DNA from: Chiloscyllium plagiosum
Taxonomy: Eukaryota
Length of the DNA: 64,000 nucleotides
Direction: 5' to 3'
Assembly (NCBI RefSeq): GCF_004010195.1
Contig: NC_057756.1
Span: forward strand, 715,805 to 779,804
Shown here: in pieces, positions 27,343-41,050 of the stretch
Layout of the letters: the number at the start of each line of letters is the position of its first letter
Numbering within the stretch: the first letter of the stretch is position 1
Notes under the pieces: generated by a model
The model's database searches: none
Told to the model about the DNA's origin: nothing
What the model saw: only the letters and a program-made list of their open reading frames with translations
Translations under genes and position numbers: made by a program

Positions 27343-28399
27343 TTGAAAAGAACAATTACTTAAGAGAAGACAGGTTTTAAAATGCAATATTGCATTTAAA
27401 AAAAATCTCTGTTGGTGTGCATACTACTGTCAGTATAGTATAGCATACTTCAGGGAAGCAACAAACGTTCTCTGTCAGGTTTCTAATGTTTGCATCACAA
27501 TACTCCGCTGGTCTTCTCTGAGCAGTCTGTGCAGAACTTTAGTATTGTGAATAATTTGTTCACATGCAATTTCCAGTGCATTCTGCAACCAACCGTGTTG
27601 GAAGTTGTAAAGTCGAGTGTTCCCTTTGCTGTTGTCTTCAAAGTTTGTTTGGGATTGGTTCCAATTGACATTACACTCAGCATGAATAGACAAAGCTGCA
27701 CGGTCATGTTTATGCAGTTATGTGCCCAGATACCCAAAGACCCTGGAATATCAATATTTTGCCATAATTTGATATCTATCTGTATGATCTCACTTCCCAG
27801 TGAGGCAAAGTTAATGTACGTAGTTGATTTAAAATTTTCTGATGGTAATGATAGCGTTTTTCTTTGTAGTGGAAGGTTTGCTATAGGCTTGCCTCCAGTT
27901 TTAATCATCGATTGTTGGTCTTATCGAGTTAATGTACAACATCAACTTTGGGACCAGTATTAACATATTGGTGGCTTTGACTTGGTGCATGCACCAAGTC
28001 TTCAGTCCATAACTGGTCACTGGTGCATTCAGTCAAACTGAGCCATTTGCACAATTTTAAGTTAACTGTGTATCAGAAATTGTCTCCAATTTTCACAAAT
28101 GGAATTATAGAAAGTGCTGATTTTGGTTTCAAATGCATAGCAGCAGAATAAGAGGCATTTATTTCGGAGAAGCTAATGACCAAGAACATGGAATGTTACA
28201 ACCAATAGCAAACATCTGGTTTACAAATGACCTTAATGAATGGAAATCTATCAACATCACCTGGTCCAGTTGACATGTAATTCCAGGATCCACAACAATA
28301 CATTTAATTCTTAACTGCTCTTTCAAATCACCTCACAAGCCACTCAGTTGTATTGATCAGCAGAACTGCTCAAGAAAGCAATGAAACCAATGGACCATT

Positions 28400-31300
28400 T
28401 GGCATCGACCTAGATACCTTAAACGATAATGGATAAAACAGCCTTATAACACTTCAAACTCATCCTTATCACCATCTGGGGCTAGTGCAAGAAATGCAGA
28501 GTTGTTTCACAGACTAACGAAACTGTCATATTTCACCAATAATGTTCCAGACAACAACATCACGATCCAGGCTATGACTTATTCCATCAGCAGAACACTC
28601 TCAGTGGAGGTGGCAGGTCAATAATATGCAGTCGGGCATGTGTGAGTCCTCAACATTGACTCTTGATCCGATTAAATCTCATGGTTTAAGTTCAAATATT
28701 GACAAGGAAATCTCCTGCTGATTACCCCGTAATGGCCTCCTTCAGCCTATGATTATGTATTCCAACATGTTGAAAAACACTTGGACGAAGCAGTGAAGGT
28801 GGGAAGGGCGGAAAATGTACACTATATGGGGATATAAGTGTCCATTACCAATAGTAGCTCAGTAGATGTGTTACTTATCAAGTTGGTCAGGTGTTGAAGG
28901 ACATAGCTGTGAGACTGGGTGAGTGTCAGGTGGGAATGGAACGAGGTGGGGGGGTGGGGGTGGGGGTTGGGGAGAATGAAACGCACTTGACTTCGTCCTT
29001 TTCAATCTACTGACTTTTAATAATCTGTACATGACAGTATCAGTAAGTGTGGCCACTCCACCGTCGTTGAGGAGAAGACAACCCTGCCTAAAAATTTAGA
29101 ACACACTGCATCATGTTATGTGGCATCATAAAATTGCTGGATGGCAAAAAACTTCAAGGCGATCTTGCAACTTAGGACCGGGAGTCCATGAGGCATTGCA
29201 GGCCAGCGACAAGAGCCAAATTATACTTTGACACGATCTGCTAAGTGATAGGCAGTTGCATCGCATACTAAAGAAATGTTTGCATGCAAGTGGATCAATC
29301 TTTGTTCAATGGTGAATTTAGGATGGCACAGAGGAGCAAACCAGGCATATCTAACACTGATATGTCAACTTGATAAAGCTACCAAACAACATGGCTTGCG
29401 TACCAAACATCAAAACATCAAGTGATAAACAAAGATAAACGATTTCATAGACAACAAATCGGATATAAGCTTGGCATTCCTGCCAGATAGAGTCATACAT
29501 GGAGGAGGTCAATTAACCAACTAACTGGACGAAGATGCTTCACAAATATCTCCATTAACGGTAATGTCAAGAAGTGTGGTGCTGGAAAAGCACAGCCAGT
29601 CAGGCAGCATCCGAGGAGCGGGAGAGTCGACGATTCGAGCATAAGATCTTCATCAGGTATGTGAGTGTAGAGTGGTTCTGAGTTGGAGATTTGGATCTGG
29701 AAGGAGGTGGGGAAAGGGAGAAACGAAACTGGCGAAATTGGCATTGACCCCGTTTGGTTCAAGGATCCCAAGATGGAAGATGAGGTATTCTTCCCCCAGT
29801 CATTGGGTGGCAAGAATTTGGCATGGAGGAAGCCCAGTGCTTGTTTGCCCTTGGTGGAGTGTAGGGGCAATTGAAATTTTCACCCACAGGGCGGGTGTCC
29901 GTATGCCCCAGTTAGGTTTTTTGAATCTTTCTGCAAGTTGGCATTCAGTCTCACATCGAGAGGAATGGCCAGAGTAGATGAGGTATTTGTAGGTGCAGGA
30001 AAATTTCTGCCGAATTTATTGCCTTGCAAAGAGGTGAGGGGAAAGGTGTGGGTACAGGGTTTACAGCCCTTGTGGTGGTGGGTGCCAGATGTGAAGTTTG
30101 GGTTGGTGGCAGGCGTGGATATAACGCAGAAGTTGCAGAGGGAATGGTCGCTGCAGAATGCTGAAAGGGATGGGGAGGGAGATATATCTCTGAAAGTCAT
30201 GGAGGAGGTGTAGGGCGTCCCAAATATTTGTGGGGGGATCCTGGTCCAAAGGAGACAAATTTCTCAAATCTGACCACTCCGGTTGACCAGTTGCCTTCTC
30301 CTGCTTCTGCCCAACTGAACTAATCTGAGCACAGCTTGACACCGTCTTGCTCCTCCTTAGTCCAGGATCTCCCCCCATACATTCAGGATACCACCCAAAC
30401 CCTCCACCTCCTCTATGACTTTCGGTTTCCCGGCCCCAATGCTTCATTTTCATTCTGGACATCCAGTCAATATACACATCCATCGGCCATGATGAAGGCC
30501 TAAAAGCTCTCTGTTTCTTCCATTCACGAAGGGCCAAACAGTACTCTACGACTGACCCAAACATTTGTTTGGCTGAACAGGTCCTCAGCTTTAACAATTT
30601 CTGCTTAGACCTCTCCCACTTCCTTCAGACCAAAGGGTTAGCCATGGGCACCCGCATGGGGTCCACCTGTGCATGCCTCTTCATCTGGTATATGGAAGAG
30701 CCTTCTTCCACAGCTACACTGGCACCATTCTCAACGTTTTCCTCCGCTACATTGATGACTGTATTGTGCCACCTCGTTCTACCGTAAGGAGGTTGAACAT
30801 TTCATCAATTTCATGAACACTTTCCACCCTGACCTCAAGTTCACCTGGACTATCTAGGACATCTCCCGCTCCTTCATGGACTTCTCCGTATTCATTACTG
30901 GCGCCCAATTCAACACGGGCATCTGCTTAAAATCCACTGACTCCCACAGCTATCTGGATTACACATCGCCCCATCCCCTCCTGTAATAACGCTATTCCTA
31001 CTTCCAATTTCTCCACTTCTGTCGCATCTGCTTTGAGCGGGATCAATTCCACTCCAGAACATCTCAGATGGCCTCCTCCTTCAGGGACTGCAATTTTCCC
31101 TCCCACGTGGTCAACAATGCCCTCCAGCGTATCTCCTCCAATCCCGTATCAATGCTCTTGAACCCTACCTCTCCAATCACAACATAGACAGAACACCCCT
31201 TGTCCTCACCTTCCAAATCACCAACCTCCTGATACAATGCATCATTATCTGGCATTTCCACCAGCAACAGTCAGATCCCACCATCAGAGATTTATTACCC

Positions 31301-33200
31301 TCCCCACCCCTTTCTGCATTCTGCCAAGGCCATGCCTTCCAAAAGTGACTCGTTAAGGCTATGCCTCCCAGCAACCCCACCCTCTGCTCCCAGCACCTAC
31401 ACGTGCCACCAGAAAAGATGTAAACCTGCGCCCACACTTTACTCCTCACCTCCATTCAAGGCTCCAAAGGAGCCTTCCACATTCACTAGAGATTTTCCTG
31501 CACCTCCAAACACCTCATCTATTATGCACATTTCTCTCGATGTGGTCTTCTCAACATTGAGGAGGCAAGACAACAACTTGCAAACATTTTGGAGAATATC
31601 TCCAGTACACACGCACTGACCTGTGGCCAAACACTTCAAACCCCCCACCCCACTCTGCCAAGGGCATTCAAGTCCTTGACCTACTGTTCCAACAGATTCT
31701 AGCCCACCAATGCCTGGAGAAAAAACACCTCATCTTCTGCGCTGTGACCCTCCAACCACATGGGATCAATGTCGATTTCACCAGCTTCCTGATCTCCCCT
31801 CCCCCATCTTACCTCAAATCCAACCCTCCCTCTCAGTACCAGCCTCTTGAACGGTCCTATCTGCCAATCTTCCTTCCCACCTATCAGCTCCACCGTCTAC
31901 TGTGAACTATCTCCACCACCCTTCACTTAATCTAGCTATCATATTCCCAGCTATCTTCAGCTCACTCCCACCCCACTCCGACGTATCTCTCAGCCCCCTT
32001 GGGGCCCCTACATTCCTGATGAAGAGCTTATGCTCGAAACATCGACTCTCCAACTCTTCAGATGCTGCCTGACCAGCTTTTCTAACACCACACGTTTAGA
32101 CATGTCGTCCAGCATATGCAGTTCTCAATTTCTCCTCTTTAAAGAGCCTAGGACATCAATGTAAACATGTGGTTGAAAAATTAACATCAATTATCAACTT
32201 GAAGTGCCTAGTGGGTGATCCATCTCAGCTGCATCCAGTTGTCCTCAGCACCACAGATGCCAGTCTTCAGCTATTTTAATTCACTCCAAATGATTTCAAA
32301 AATCGAAATTAGTAGAGTGTGGGTATTATAAAGATTAATGGCCCTGACAATGAAACAAAATCTACTTCTGTTTCAAAGTTTGATTGTCGTCTGGCCAAGC
32401 TGTTCAACTGTAAGTAAAACACTGGCATTGAGATGAAATTATGGAAAGATTTATGTCCAATACACAAAAATCAAGGCAAATCCAAATGGTCAATTACCCA
32501 CGTCATCAGTCCACTCTTGATCATCCATAACGTAATAGATATCATAATCAGTACTATCAAATAGCAAGAACTCAGCAATAACATGTTCATGGGCGCCCAG
32601 TTTGGACACTGTCAGTGCTGCGTATCTGCTAATCTCATTGCAGCCTTAGAACAAACATCAACAAAAGTCCTGAATTCGAGAGGTGTGATGGGATTCGTAT
32701 CTCTTTATATAAAGGACGCATTCGACCGGGTGTAGCATCAAGAAACACTTGCAAAGCTGGGATCAATGGAAACCACACTCCAAACTCTCCACTAATTAGA
32801 ATTAAACCTGGCACAAATGAAGATGACTGGAGTTGTTGGACTTGAGTTATCTTTGGTCTATGGTATCTCTACAGGAATTCCAACGTAACGTTCTGGGCAC
32901 AACTATCTTCAGCTGTTTAGTCAATGAACTTGTCTCCATCATATCCTTTGAAGTAGGGATGTTCGCTGGCTATGAGTAGTGTTTAACACTCCTCAGACAC
33001 TCAGGCTGCCCATGTTCAAACCAAACATGACCCGCACAATATCCAGGAATCCTTGAATTCCCTCCCTCAGTGCATTATGAGTCAACCTACCAGTCGTGGT
33101 CTGCAGTAGTACAAGTAAGCAACTCACCATCATCTTCGCAAAGACAACTTAAAAGACAATACGTGCTGGCCATTTGGTGATGATCACGTTCGAGGAGTGA
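28400..33200 (+). mobile_element. Old, heavily decayed LINE split by the Penelope-like insertion
   Basis: Endonuclease-like remnants at 28450-28900 and RT-like remnants at 32300-33000 (gacgcattcgaccgggtgtagcat, gggatgttcgctggc); family and boundaries approximate. Confidence 0.55.
29565..32100 (+). mobile_element. Penelope-like retroelement (RT plus GIY-YIG remnants) with an inverted 5' segment
   Basis: RT motifs 'QTKGLAMGTRMG' and ctccgctacattgatgac (LRYIDD) at 30741-30758; endonuclease-like remnant at about 31400-31780; terminal repeat at about 32010-32095; 29565-30215 holds inverted pieces of the element. Confidence 0.85.
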
Positions 33201-33920
33201 ACAAAAAACTTTTAAAAAAGCATTACTCCAGGTGCATCTTACTCATGCCTTGAATTGTTGCACAACATTTCACTACTTTTAAACACTATTCCTTTAATAT
33301 TAGGTGTCAAAATTCCATTTGTATTACTTATTACCTGCTATGTCAAACCACCTCTAAATGTATCCGTCAAAATGTGTTGCACTGGAAAAGAACAGCACAT
33401 TAGGCAGCATCCGAGGAGCAGGAGAGTCGAAGTTTTGGGCACTTCTAAATGTTTATTGATCATATTATGCCAGTCGTGGCAGTTGAGGAACATACAAACA
33501 ACAAAACCCTAATTACTCATTGGTTCACAAGTGTCATAAGTAAAAGAGATTGTTATATTTTTACAAAAAGGAATGTACTTGTTGGAAGGTTAACAAGTAC
33601 ATTTCACTTGAACTATTTCGGCATTTAAAGTTTTGAAAAACAATGCAGAAGATTAAATTAAGTGTTGAGGATGAAAGTAAGAAACTTTGTTTTCAAAGAA
33701 AGAAATACAATTGTTATCGAGCTTCAGTAAATACACAAACATTGAATGACAAATGTCAAATTTTCAGGTATTATTGAATTGTGTGGTGTACTTGGATCAT
33801 CAACTCTAATCTGCTCTAGAAGACTAGTGTAGCTGTGTGATTCCTGTCGACACATGTCATGAGATATTTCAGGTAGCAATTCCTGGAAGATTTTGAACAT
33901 GTGTTTTAACTTTTTTTTAG

Positions 33921-33947
33921 AATTGGCTGCTGTACGAAGAAAATGTA
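33921..33947 (+). CDS. Atypical micro-exon 11 (27 nt, in a class A slot): ELAAVRRKC
   Basis: Strong ttttaacttttttttAG acceptor and GTAAGT donor, in phase, starts with EL like class A; the peptide is otherwise divergent. Confidence 0.65.
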
Positions 33948-34934
33948 GTAAGTCTTGTATGGTCAAACATTGCTTTGATGTAAATTTTCTGATTGCTTTG
34001 TTGAACTCTTCATAAAGCTTTAACTGCTTGACAATTGAATTTATTGGAAGGTATAGATTTGAATTCAAAAAGTGAGAAAGGAGAGCACGTTTTCCAAAAA
34101 GATTCAGCGCAAATCATTCACAATTGTGAAGTGAAATCTGTCCCCTGAATTCCTCGTTATCACAAGAGAAAATATTGTACGTTATTGATATTTAGTGTTA
34201 TTTCATGTCAATTAAATTAATACCGCAACAAGTGATTCTCATGATATTTATTTAGTTCTCATACTATATGAATGTCAGATGTTCAGCAGTTTCACCGTTT
34301 ATCTTTCAGCAAGCCAGAACTGGGTGTGTCCCATTGTCATTGTGCCAGTTCAAGAATATTCACAACCTCTCTCAAAGCTAAGCAGAATTCGCTCGCATGA
34401 AATGTAGACTAGGAATTTCAAGATGGTCTGAGAAGTAATACATAACATTCGAGACAAGACACTACCAGATTAGGACCATCAGCAACAAAATGCATACCAC
34501 CACCTCTTCCTCATGCTAAACGGTATCTCCATTGCTGAATATGCACCACATGAAAATGTCAGATCCTCGCTAATCAGGATCATAACTAGGAATTCTACAT
34601 ACACACTCAGACTCAAAGAGTTAGTTAGAAACTTAAAGCATGTGGCGAGTACCACTCCTGTTCAATCCCAGTGTTGGAACACAATAATTTGAGCAAATGT
34701 TGAATGTATTCAATAACTTTGATGAGTGCAACTCGAAAAACGAATGCCAGTCTCTGCAGTAGAATGGAAGTAAATGTCGAATGACACATTCAAGCCCCAC
34801 TGTATGGAATGTGGCATTTTGTCCCACCGAGCTTGCAACAACCCTCTAAAGAGCATCGCACCCAGACCCAGCCCACGCCACATTCCCAGGTTCTCACATT
34901 TATCATAGAAAAGTCATCTTGCCTGCACATTCCT

Positions 34935-35135
34935 GCTAACTATGGGACTATTTAGTATACTCAATCCTAATCTGTGCATTTCGGACTTTGGGAGAAAGTC
35001 ACTGCACCCAGGAGAAAACCATTAAGACACAATGGGAGAATATGGAATCTCCATACAAGAAGTCACCTATGGCTCGAAAGGATATTTGGTCCCTATCTCT
35101 GTGAGGAAGTGGGGCTAAACACTGAGACACCATAT
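34935..35135 (-). mobile_element. Diverged V-SINE (HE1-like)
   Basis: ggactttgggagaaagt...cacccaggagaaaacc...ggggctaaacactgagacacc matches the reverse complement of the SINE. Confidence 0.6.
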
Positions 35136-35898
35136 CTCTCACTTTAATTGTAAAATTGAAAACCTTTTGTCCAGTATGAATGTCGAATGGCATTAGTGAT
35201 GTTATCCAGGGCATTAGTGCTATCTCGAAGATGCACACGAGCATATTAATAAACATTTTTGACAGCAACATCCAAAGCAAGTAGTCAGATAGACAAGATA
35301 AGTATATTAATATTTTTATCATGAACCAAAACTTCCAATCTAATATATATTCTGATATGTTGAGTAGTAACATGAATTTGCGTGTCTGTTTTAAAGATTT
35401 GAATTGACTGCTGCATTTCCTTCATAAAACTGGCAGCTTCTGTTCAAAATCACTCGATGAGTTATGACACATTTGGTAGGGTCGACAGTCATAGCTCTGG
35501 CATCATGCGCCATCAGAGGCAGAACACACCTCTGATGCTCTAACATCTTGAATATCCCAGCTGTTGTTAAGAAGTGGAACTACACATCACCTCTCAAACA
35601 CTTTACTTACCATCCTACTAGAAGATTGTGTTTTTTCTTGTTGGACTATACAAGATATTTGTGTTTACCCCACCCACGACCAATGGTATCGCTTTGTGTG
35701 TGAAAACTTACAATGAAAGGATCAGAACTCGTTGCTTAATATGCAATATGAAGGAAAGAAGAGTGATTGTCATTTGCTGGCTTTATCTGTAACTTGCGAA
35801 TTCGAATAAAATATATCAATTACAGGGAACAAAACATATCCAGTGATATGCCCTATTGGCATAAACATTCAGATTTAACTGCACCTCTTCTCCTGCAG

Positions 35899-35925
35899 AA
35901 TCAGAACTTGAGCAGAAAGCTGAAG
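35899..35925 (+). CDS. Coiled-coil micro-exon 12 (27 nt, B): (K/E)SELEQKAE
   Basis: cctcttctcctgcAG acceptor, AAG|GTAAAA donor, Leu at position 4 and Lys at position 7 as in class B. Confidence 0.85.
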
Positions 35926-36591
35926 GTAAAAATGAATACTTCTGTCAAGTCACATTTGTTCCCCATGTTATTTGAAAATGACATGTTGTATGTGTTTACA
36001 GTTATCTTATTGCTAATTAAGTGTTGCACGAGAACTAGTTTAGGTCATTTAATGAAAACCTCGACTTAGAAAAAGTAGCTGTCTCATTCAAACGCTAACG
36101 TTCGTTGTTCCGCTGCTTACAACAATGAATTGTGTTGAACTGCGACCTACCAAACATAGTTCAAATTGCGAGACTGCACACAAATCTTAGAACATTCAGC
36201 ATCTCTAAGAAAGAATTATTGGCAACAGTTGCCTGCCTGTCCTCTTATAAGAATTAATAACATGCGTTATTTCAGGAAATGAAAAGTTTACTGTTTCTCA
36301 GACTTTTTTTATGTATTGTGAAAAAAAAACAAAATCATTGAATATTCTTATGCTGTTGGTATCCCATTTCTATGTGCTGAAACTGCTTGAATGAAAAGTA
36401 ATCGCTGTGTTTCATCATTCTAATAATGTTTTGCATTGAGTGTTGTAGCTGATGTTTTCAGAAAATGGTTGCTTGCTTTAAACATCAACATTCGGGGACA
36501 TAAAACAGCAAGGTTGAAGTTTCAACCTGAACGACAATGATTGTCAAAAAGAAAATCCATCTAAGTAGGATTTCATGATTTTCTTTTTCAG

Positions 36592-36627
36592 AAATAGCAA
36601 ACTTCAACAAGAAGATGAAAGATCTAG
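36592..36627 (+). CDS. Coiled-coil micro-exon 13 (36 nt, A): EIANFNKKMKDL
   Basis: ttttctttttcAG acceptor, TAG|GTGGGT donor. Confidence 0.9.
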
Positions 36628-37861
36628 GTGGGTAGAGATTAAATCAATACAGAAAACATCACAATAAGCGCATTAGGTAATTACATGTATTATTGTGAAG
36701 CATTAATTTTACAGTAATGCCAAGAGGAAACAGGAAATCTTATGGATGGACATGAAATCAGAAGATGCAGCAAGGTGAATGAAGTATATCAGAAGGAGAT
36801 GCCATATGATTGTCATTTAATAATGGTGAAGTGCAGATATCTAGTACTGGTGAATGAGATACATGCGAGATATTGCATGAAATGGTTCTATCAGCGAGAA
36901 GAATTTTGCATGTAGGGCATACCTCCTCTGCTTCTTCTCTCCTGTGCCTATGGTAGGCAAACACAGCCTTTGTATGGATTCTTCATTAATATCTGTTCAT
37001 CTACCAATTCATAAAATAAGTTGTGTTATCACAATCTTCCAGCAGTACAACTGTAAAGAATAAATGATACTCATTCACTGAGAAACAATATACTCCATGA
37101 TCATCTAGACTCGTAGGTATCTCTGTAAATCGCTATGAATTTAGAGCTTATCAATTTTTCTCATTTTTTATGAATATTTGTTCGTTACAAATTACCTGCT
37201 GCAGGTTCCCACGTTTCAAATGTGTCCTCCTACATTTGAAATTTACCTGATTGTGACACGGTCTTCATTGTCAGGAGATTAAATAGCATAATTTCTATAT
37301 AAAAGTTTCAGTTCGTCTTACATATTCCTCAAATATACATTTCAATTAAATCTGGCGGAATTAATATCGCATATTTTATGTTATGAGCAGTAAATTTGTT
37401 GTTGCATTTTGTAATGCAACTTGCCAAGAAAATATATGATGATACATTCACATTGTAATTTCCTTCAAGAATTGTCAGTTGGCATTCTTCTGTCATTGTG
37501 TTCCTGTTATATATTATAATGATTCTATATCCATATATAAGAACTTGTTGAGCAGCAACACTTAATATTTAAACCTGTCCCATGACAATTGGCGTCAAAA
37601 TGATAGCTCCATTTCAATATATTATCCATGATCAAATTACGAACATTTTGTCTTTAAATGACAGAATATTGATAGATGTCACTTAGAATGTTTAACTTTA
37701 ATTTACCAAGAGCGCCCCCAAGCACTGTTCAACAGAACTATTAATTCACAGTGTGTGTTTCAGACAAGAATTGATCCATGTATTCATGAGGCAATGATTA
37801 ATGTTAAATTCATAGTGAAATGTACGTATATTGACGGATATGTTACTGATTTAATTCACAG

Positions 37862-37876
37862 AACAAACAGTAAATG
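37862..37876 (+). CDS. Micro-exon 14 (15 nt, class C): EQTVN
   Basis: atttaattcacAG acceptor, ATG|GTAAGT donor; occupies a class B slot; same size and attcacAG context as exon 18. Confidence 0.7.
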
Positions 37877-38099
37877 GTAAGTATGAGTTGCATGAGACAA
37901 CTTGGTTCCTAATAAACATGGAAAATATTTCTCAAAAGTTCCTCTATTAGTTCTCATATACTGGTCACCAAATACAGTTGTGTGTTCTCCGTTTTTACAT
38001 TATAATCTTACCCAGAATTGAGGCCTGTAAGCAAACTGTGAATTCAAAATGATAGTTACTTTTGAATCCCCAAATTCAATCATCACATCATTGACTACG

Positions 38100-40432
38100 T
38101 GCATGCATCCCCCCTCCTAAATTATCTGATCTCTAATATTCCCATTATTTCTCTTTGCATCAGAACCATACTGCTTTCCTTCAATACCTTCCAGATGACA
38201 CAACTTTCTGTGAATGGCTTGCTTCGTGTGTCATAATATGTCAATGGAAAAATCTGTGTTATATTTTCGTAATTGCGAGTCTTTGTAGACTTAATGTATT
38301 TATGACGATCTGGCACTTTTTCCTTAAGCAACCTCCGATTATGTTGAACATTATGGTGCAGCCTTTTAGGTTCCATTGTGTTTTCCTTTGCAACTCCATC
38401 AAAATTCACTGACGTATCCCGTGTTCGTACATCAATCTTCGCAATGCTTTTCTTAACCAATCAACACTGTAATTTTTGTGACCTACTTTATTGCAGTGAA
38501 AACACCGAAGGTTTTTAATTACTCTTTCCCGTTCAGGAGTTTCATTTTTAGACTGTGACGTGTTATACTTAATATCATCAACGAGATCTCCCTTTCCATT
38601 TCCACGTGAGGAATTATCTTTTCCCTAATTTCTGTCGCTCATGGATTGAAATTGACGTTGGAAGCCAGGCTTTCATTCATGAATACACTCATAATCATCA
38701 GGAATTTCAGCTGCTAACCTTGCCGTTTTAACTCTCTGCTCTTCCACATGAGTTCTCACCACTTCAAGAAATACGTTTTTTGAACTCCTCCAAAGTAATC
38801 GTTTCTCTAATATTACCAAATGTTTGATCTATTTGAATGCCAACTATCAAAATTCTTTCGTTTGAACCTTTCAAACTCAATGACCAGGGTCCCTCCTTCG
38901 ATTTTTGAAACATTGTCTATAGACTTCTGGCACAAGCTCATACGTACCGAAAGTGGGTTTCTTCGCCTTCTCATAACCCCCAGATATATTCTCTGATAGT
39001 GATGCAAATACTTCACTCACTCTATCTACCTGCTTTTTTGGTTCAACAAACCCGACATGTTGACTGGCCATGACATTTGTTTCGCCACCTCCTCAAACAA
39101 GATGAAAAAGTCTTCTACATCTTTCCCATGAAATTCAGACAATGCTTGGATGTATTTAAACAGATCCCAACCAGGCCTTTGGCTGCCGTGGGTTCGCTTA
39201 TCCTCACTATCTCCCTGACCAAGCTTACTTTCAGCCTTCATCTCCATCCATTTCAGCGAACTTTCCTCTCTTATTGACAATTTCTGCAGTTTAAACTCTG
39301 TCTGTTTCCCCCCCTCTTCTCTGTTTCTCCCTTTCTTCTGTTTCTCCATTTCTTCTCTCATATTTTCCTTCAGTTCTGCTGAAGCAAATTTGTCACTTTC
39401 TTTTCCCTCTGCTTTTAATCATAATTCAAAGTTTCATTTCCTTTCTCTTTCTTTTCTGCCTCTAATTCAAGCTGCTTACTTTTTAATTAAATTTCAACCA
39501 TTCCCAAAGATTCTGATGGCATTTCCAGCAAATTTAAATGCTGAGCTATTGTTGTTATTATCTGCCCTTTTCTCTAAAATGGAGTTGATTCCAACTCTAG
39601 CTTGTCTGTCATTTCCAGCAGCTTTACCTTGTTCACCTGTTTAAAGTCCCCAGTCACTTCTTCCACATCCAGGAAACTCGCAGTGACTGAATGAGTCATT
39701 ACTACATAACGACCTGCATAAACCAACTGAATCCAACACCCGAAAATAAAGATACTAACATCTCCCACTCGTTGTCTTTGATCCGACAGCCCCAATTCTA
39801 ATTGGATCTGTAGAAAAAATCTCTCCAAAAGTCGCCAGTCTGTTATGGACCAGGCCAGATCCCTTCCACACGGTTCAAGAAAGTAGCTCAGATCCTAAAT
39901 CAAATATGTAGATATAAAATAAGTATTTCAGGAGTGATGCAGCTAGTAAAACCGCACAGCTTTAAACAAAACAGAATTTATTTAAACACAGCAAATGAAA
40001 CACTGACAAAAGAAAGCAGAACGTAGAGTAACATAAGTCACGTGATAACTCAATTGACTGTCACAACTTGATGAAGTAGTCGTTGCTCTCCCCACAACAT
40101 CCCAGAAACACACCATTTGCAAAAGATAAATTCAAGCGCAGGCTCTCAAAAGCAGATCAGATTTCAGAGAGAAAGTTCAGGGAAGAACTTTGTCGGAGCT
40201 TGGAAAATCTTTTTGCTGTATTTGCTTCTCCAGGACCCCAACAGTTTTCTGAATGCTTGGTGCAAATAAACCAAGCTAGAAAACCATAACATAAATTGGG
40301 AGAGCGGTCCACTTTCCTGCCATTGTTTCAAAGTAGCCACTTCCAGGTATATCAGAAACACTGCCTTTATGATCCCTCTTGTAAAATAACAAGGACAGCA
40401 ATAAACTTGTTAAAAGGACAGCATTACCTCAT
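38100..40432 (-). mobile_element. Truncated Gypsy-type LTR retrotransposon: 5' LTR (about 39841-40432), PBS-like site and decayed gag
   Basis: gag-like remnants 'KDVEDFFILFEEVAKQMSWP' and 'YELVPEVYRQCFKN'; LTR end tgttatggaccaggccag at 39841 is followed on the minus strand by gacTGGCGAC; LTR similar to 50323-50897. Confidence 0.75.
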
Positions 40433-40434
40433 AA

Positions 40435-41050
40435 TGAATACTGCTTTTGGCTAGCTTTCACGTATTGGCCAGTGCCTTGAGTATAGGAGTCGGGATGTCC
40501 CTTTGCGACTGTGCAAGACGTTAGGAAGTTCTCTTTTGGAATATTCAGTTCAGTTGTGGCATCCCTGCTATAAGAAATTTGTTGTGAAACCTGAAAATGC
40601 TGAAAAGCATTTTGCAACCGTGTTTCCAGATTTGGAAATTTTGAGTATGGGGAGAGGTTGAATAGACTGCACTTATGTTCCCTGGAGTGTTACACTCTGC
40701 GTGTTGATCTTATTGAGGTTTATGAAATCATAAGGGACATGCCAAATCTTTTCTTTAACCAGAGATAGGGAGTCTAACAGTAGAGGGCATGGTTTATGTT
40801 GATGGGAGAACGTTTTAAAGGCGATTTAACATGGAGTTTGATGCTTGCATGGCATGAGCAGCCAGATTAAGTGTTGGAGGCTCGTACAATTACAACATGT
40901 AAAATATATCCGGAAGGTTCCTTGCCTAGGAAGGGTTCAGCATGCTATTGGCTAAATGCTGGCGAATGGACCGTATTACTTTAGACATCTGGTCAACATA
41001 GACAAGGATCAAAGGGTCTGTTTCTGTGCTGCACTTCTGGATGACTCCAC
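40435..41050 (+). mobile_element. Decayed CR1 3' fragment
   Basis: Resembles the reverse complement of 56461-57100 (gagtataggagtcgggatgtc..., gggtctgtttctgtgctg). Confidence 0.65.

Noticed and set aside
27475..27963. Overlapping 137-157 aa ORFs on both strands
   Set aside because: No recognisable domain or splice context; probably chance or an old repeat remnant.
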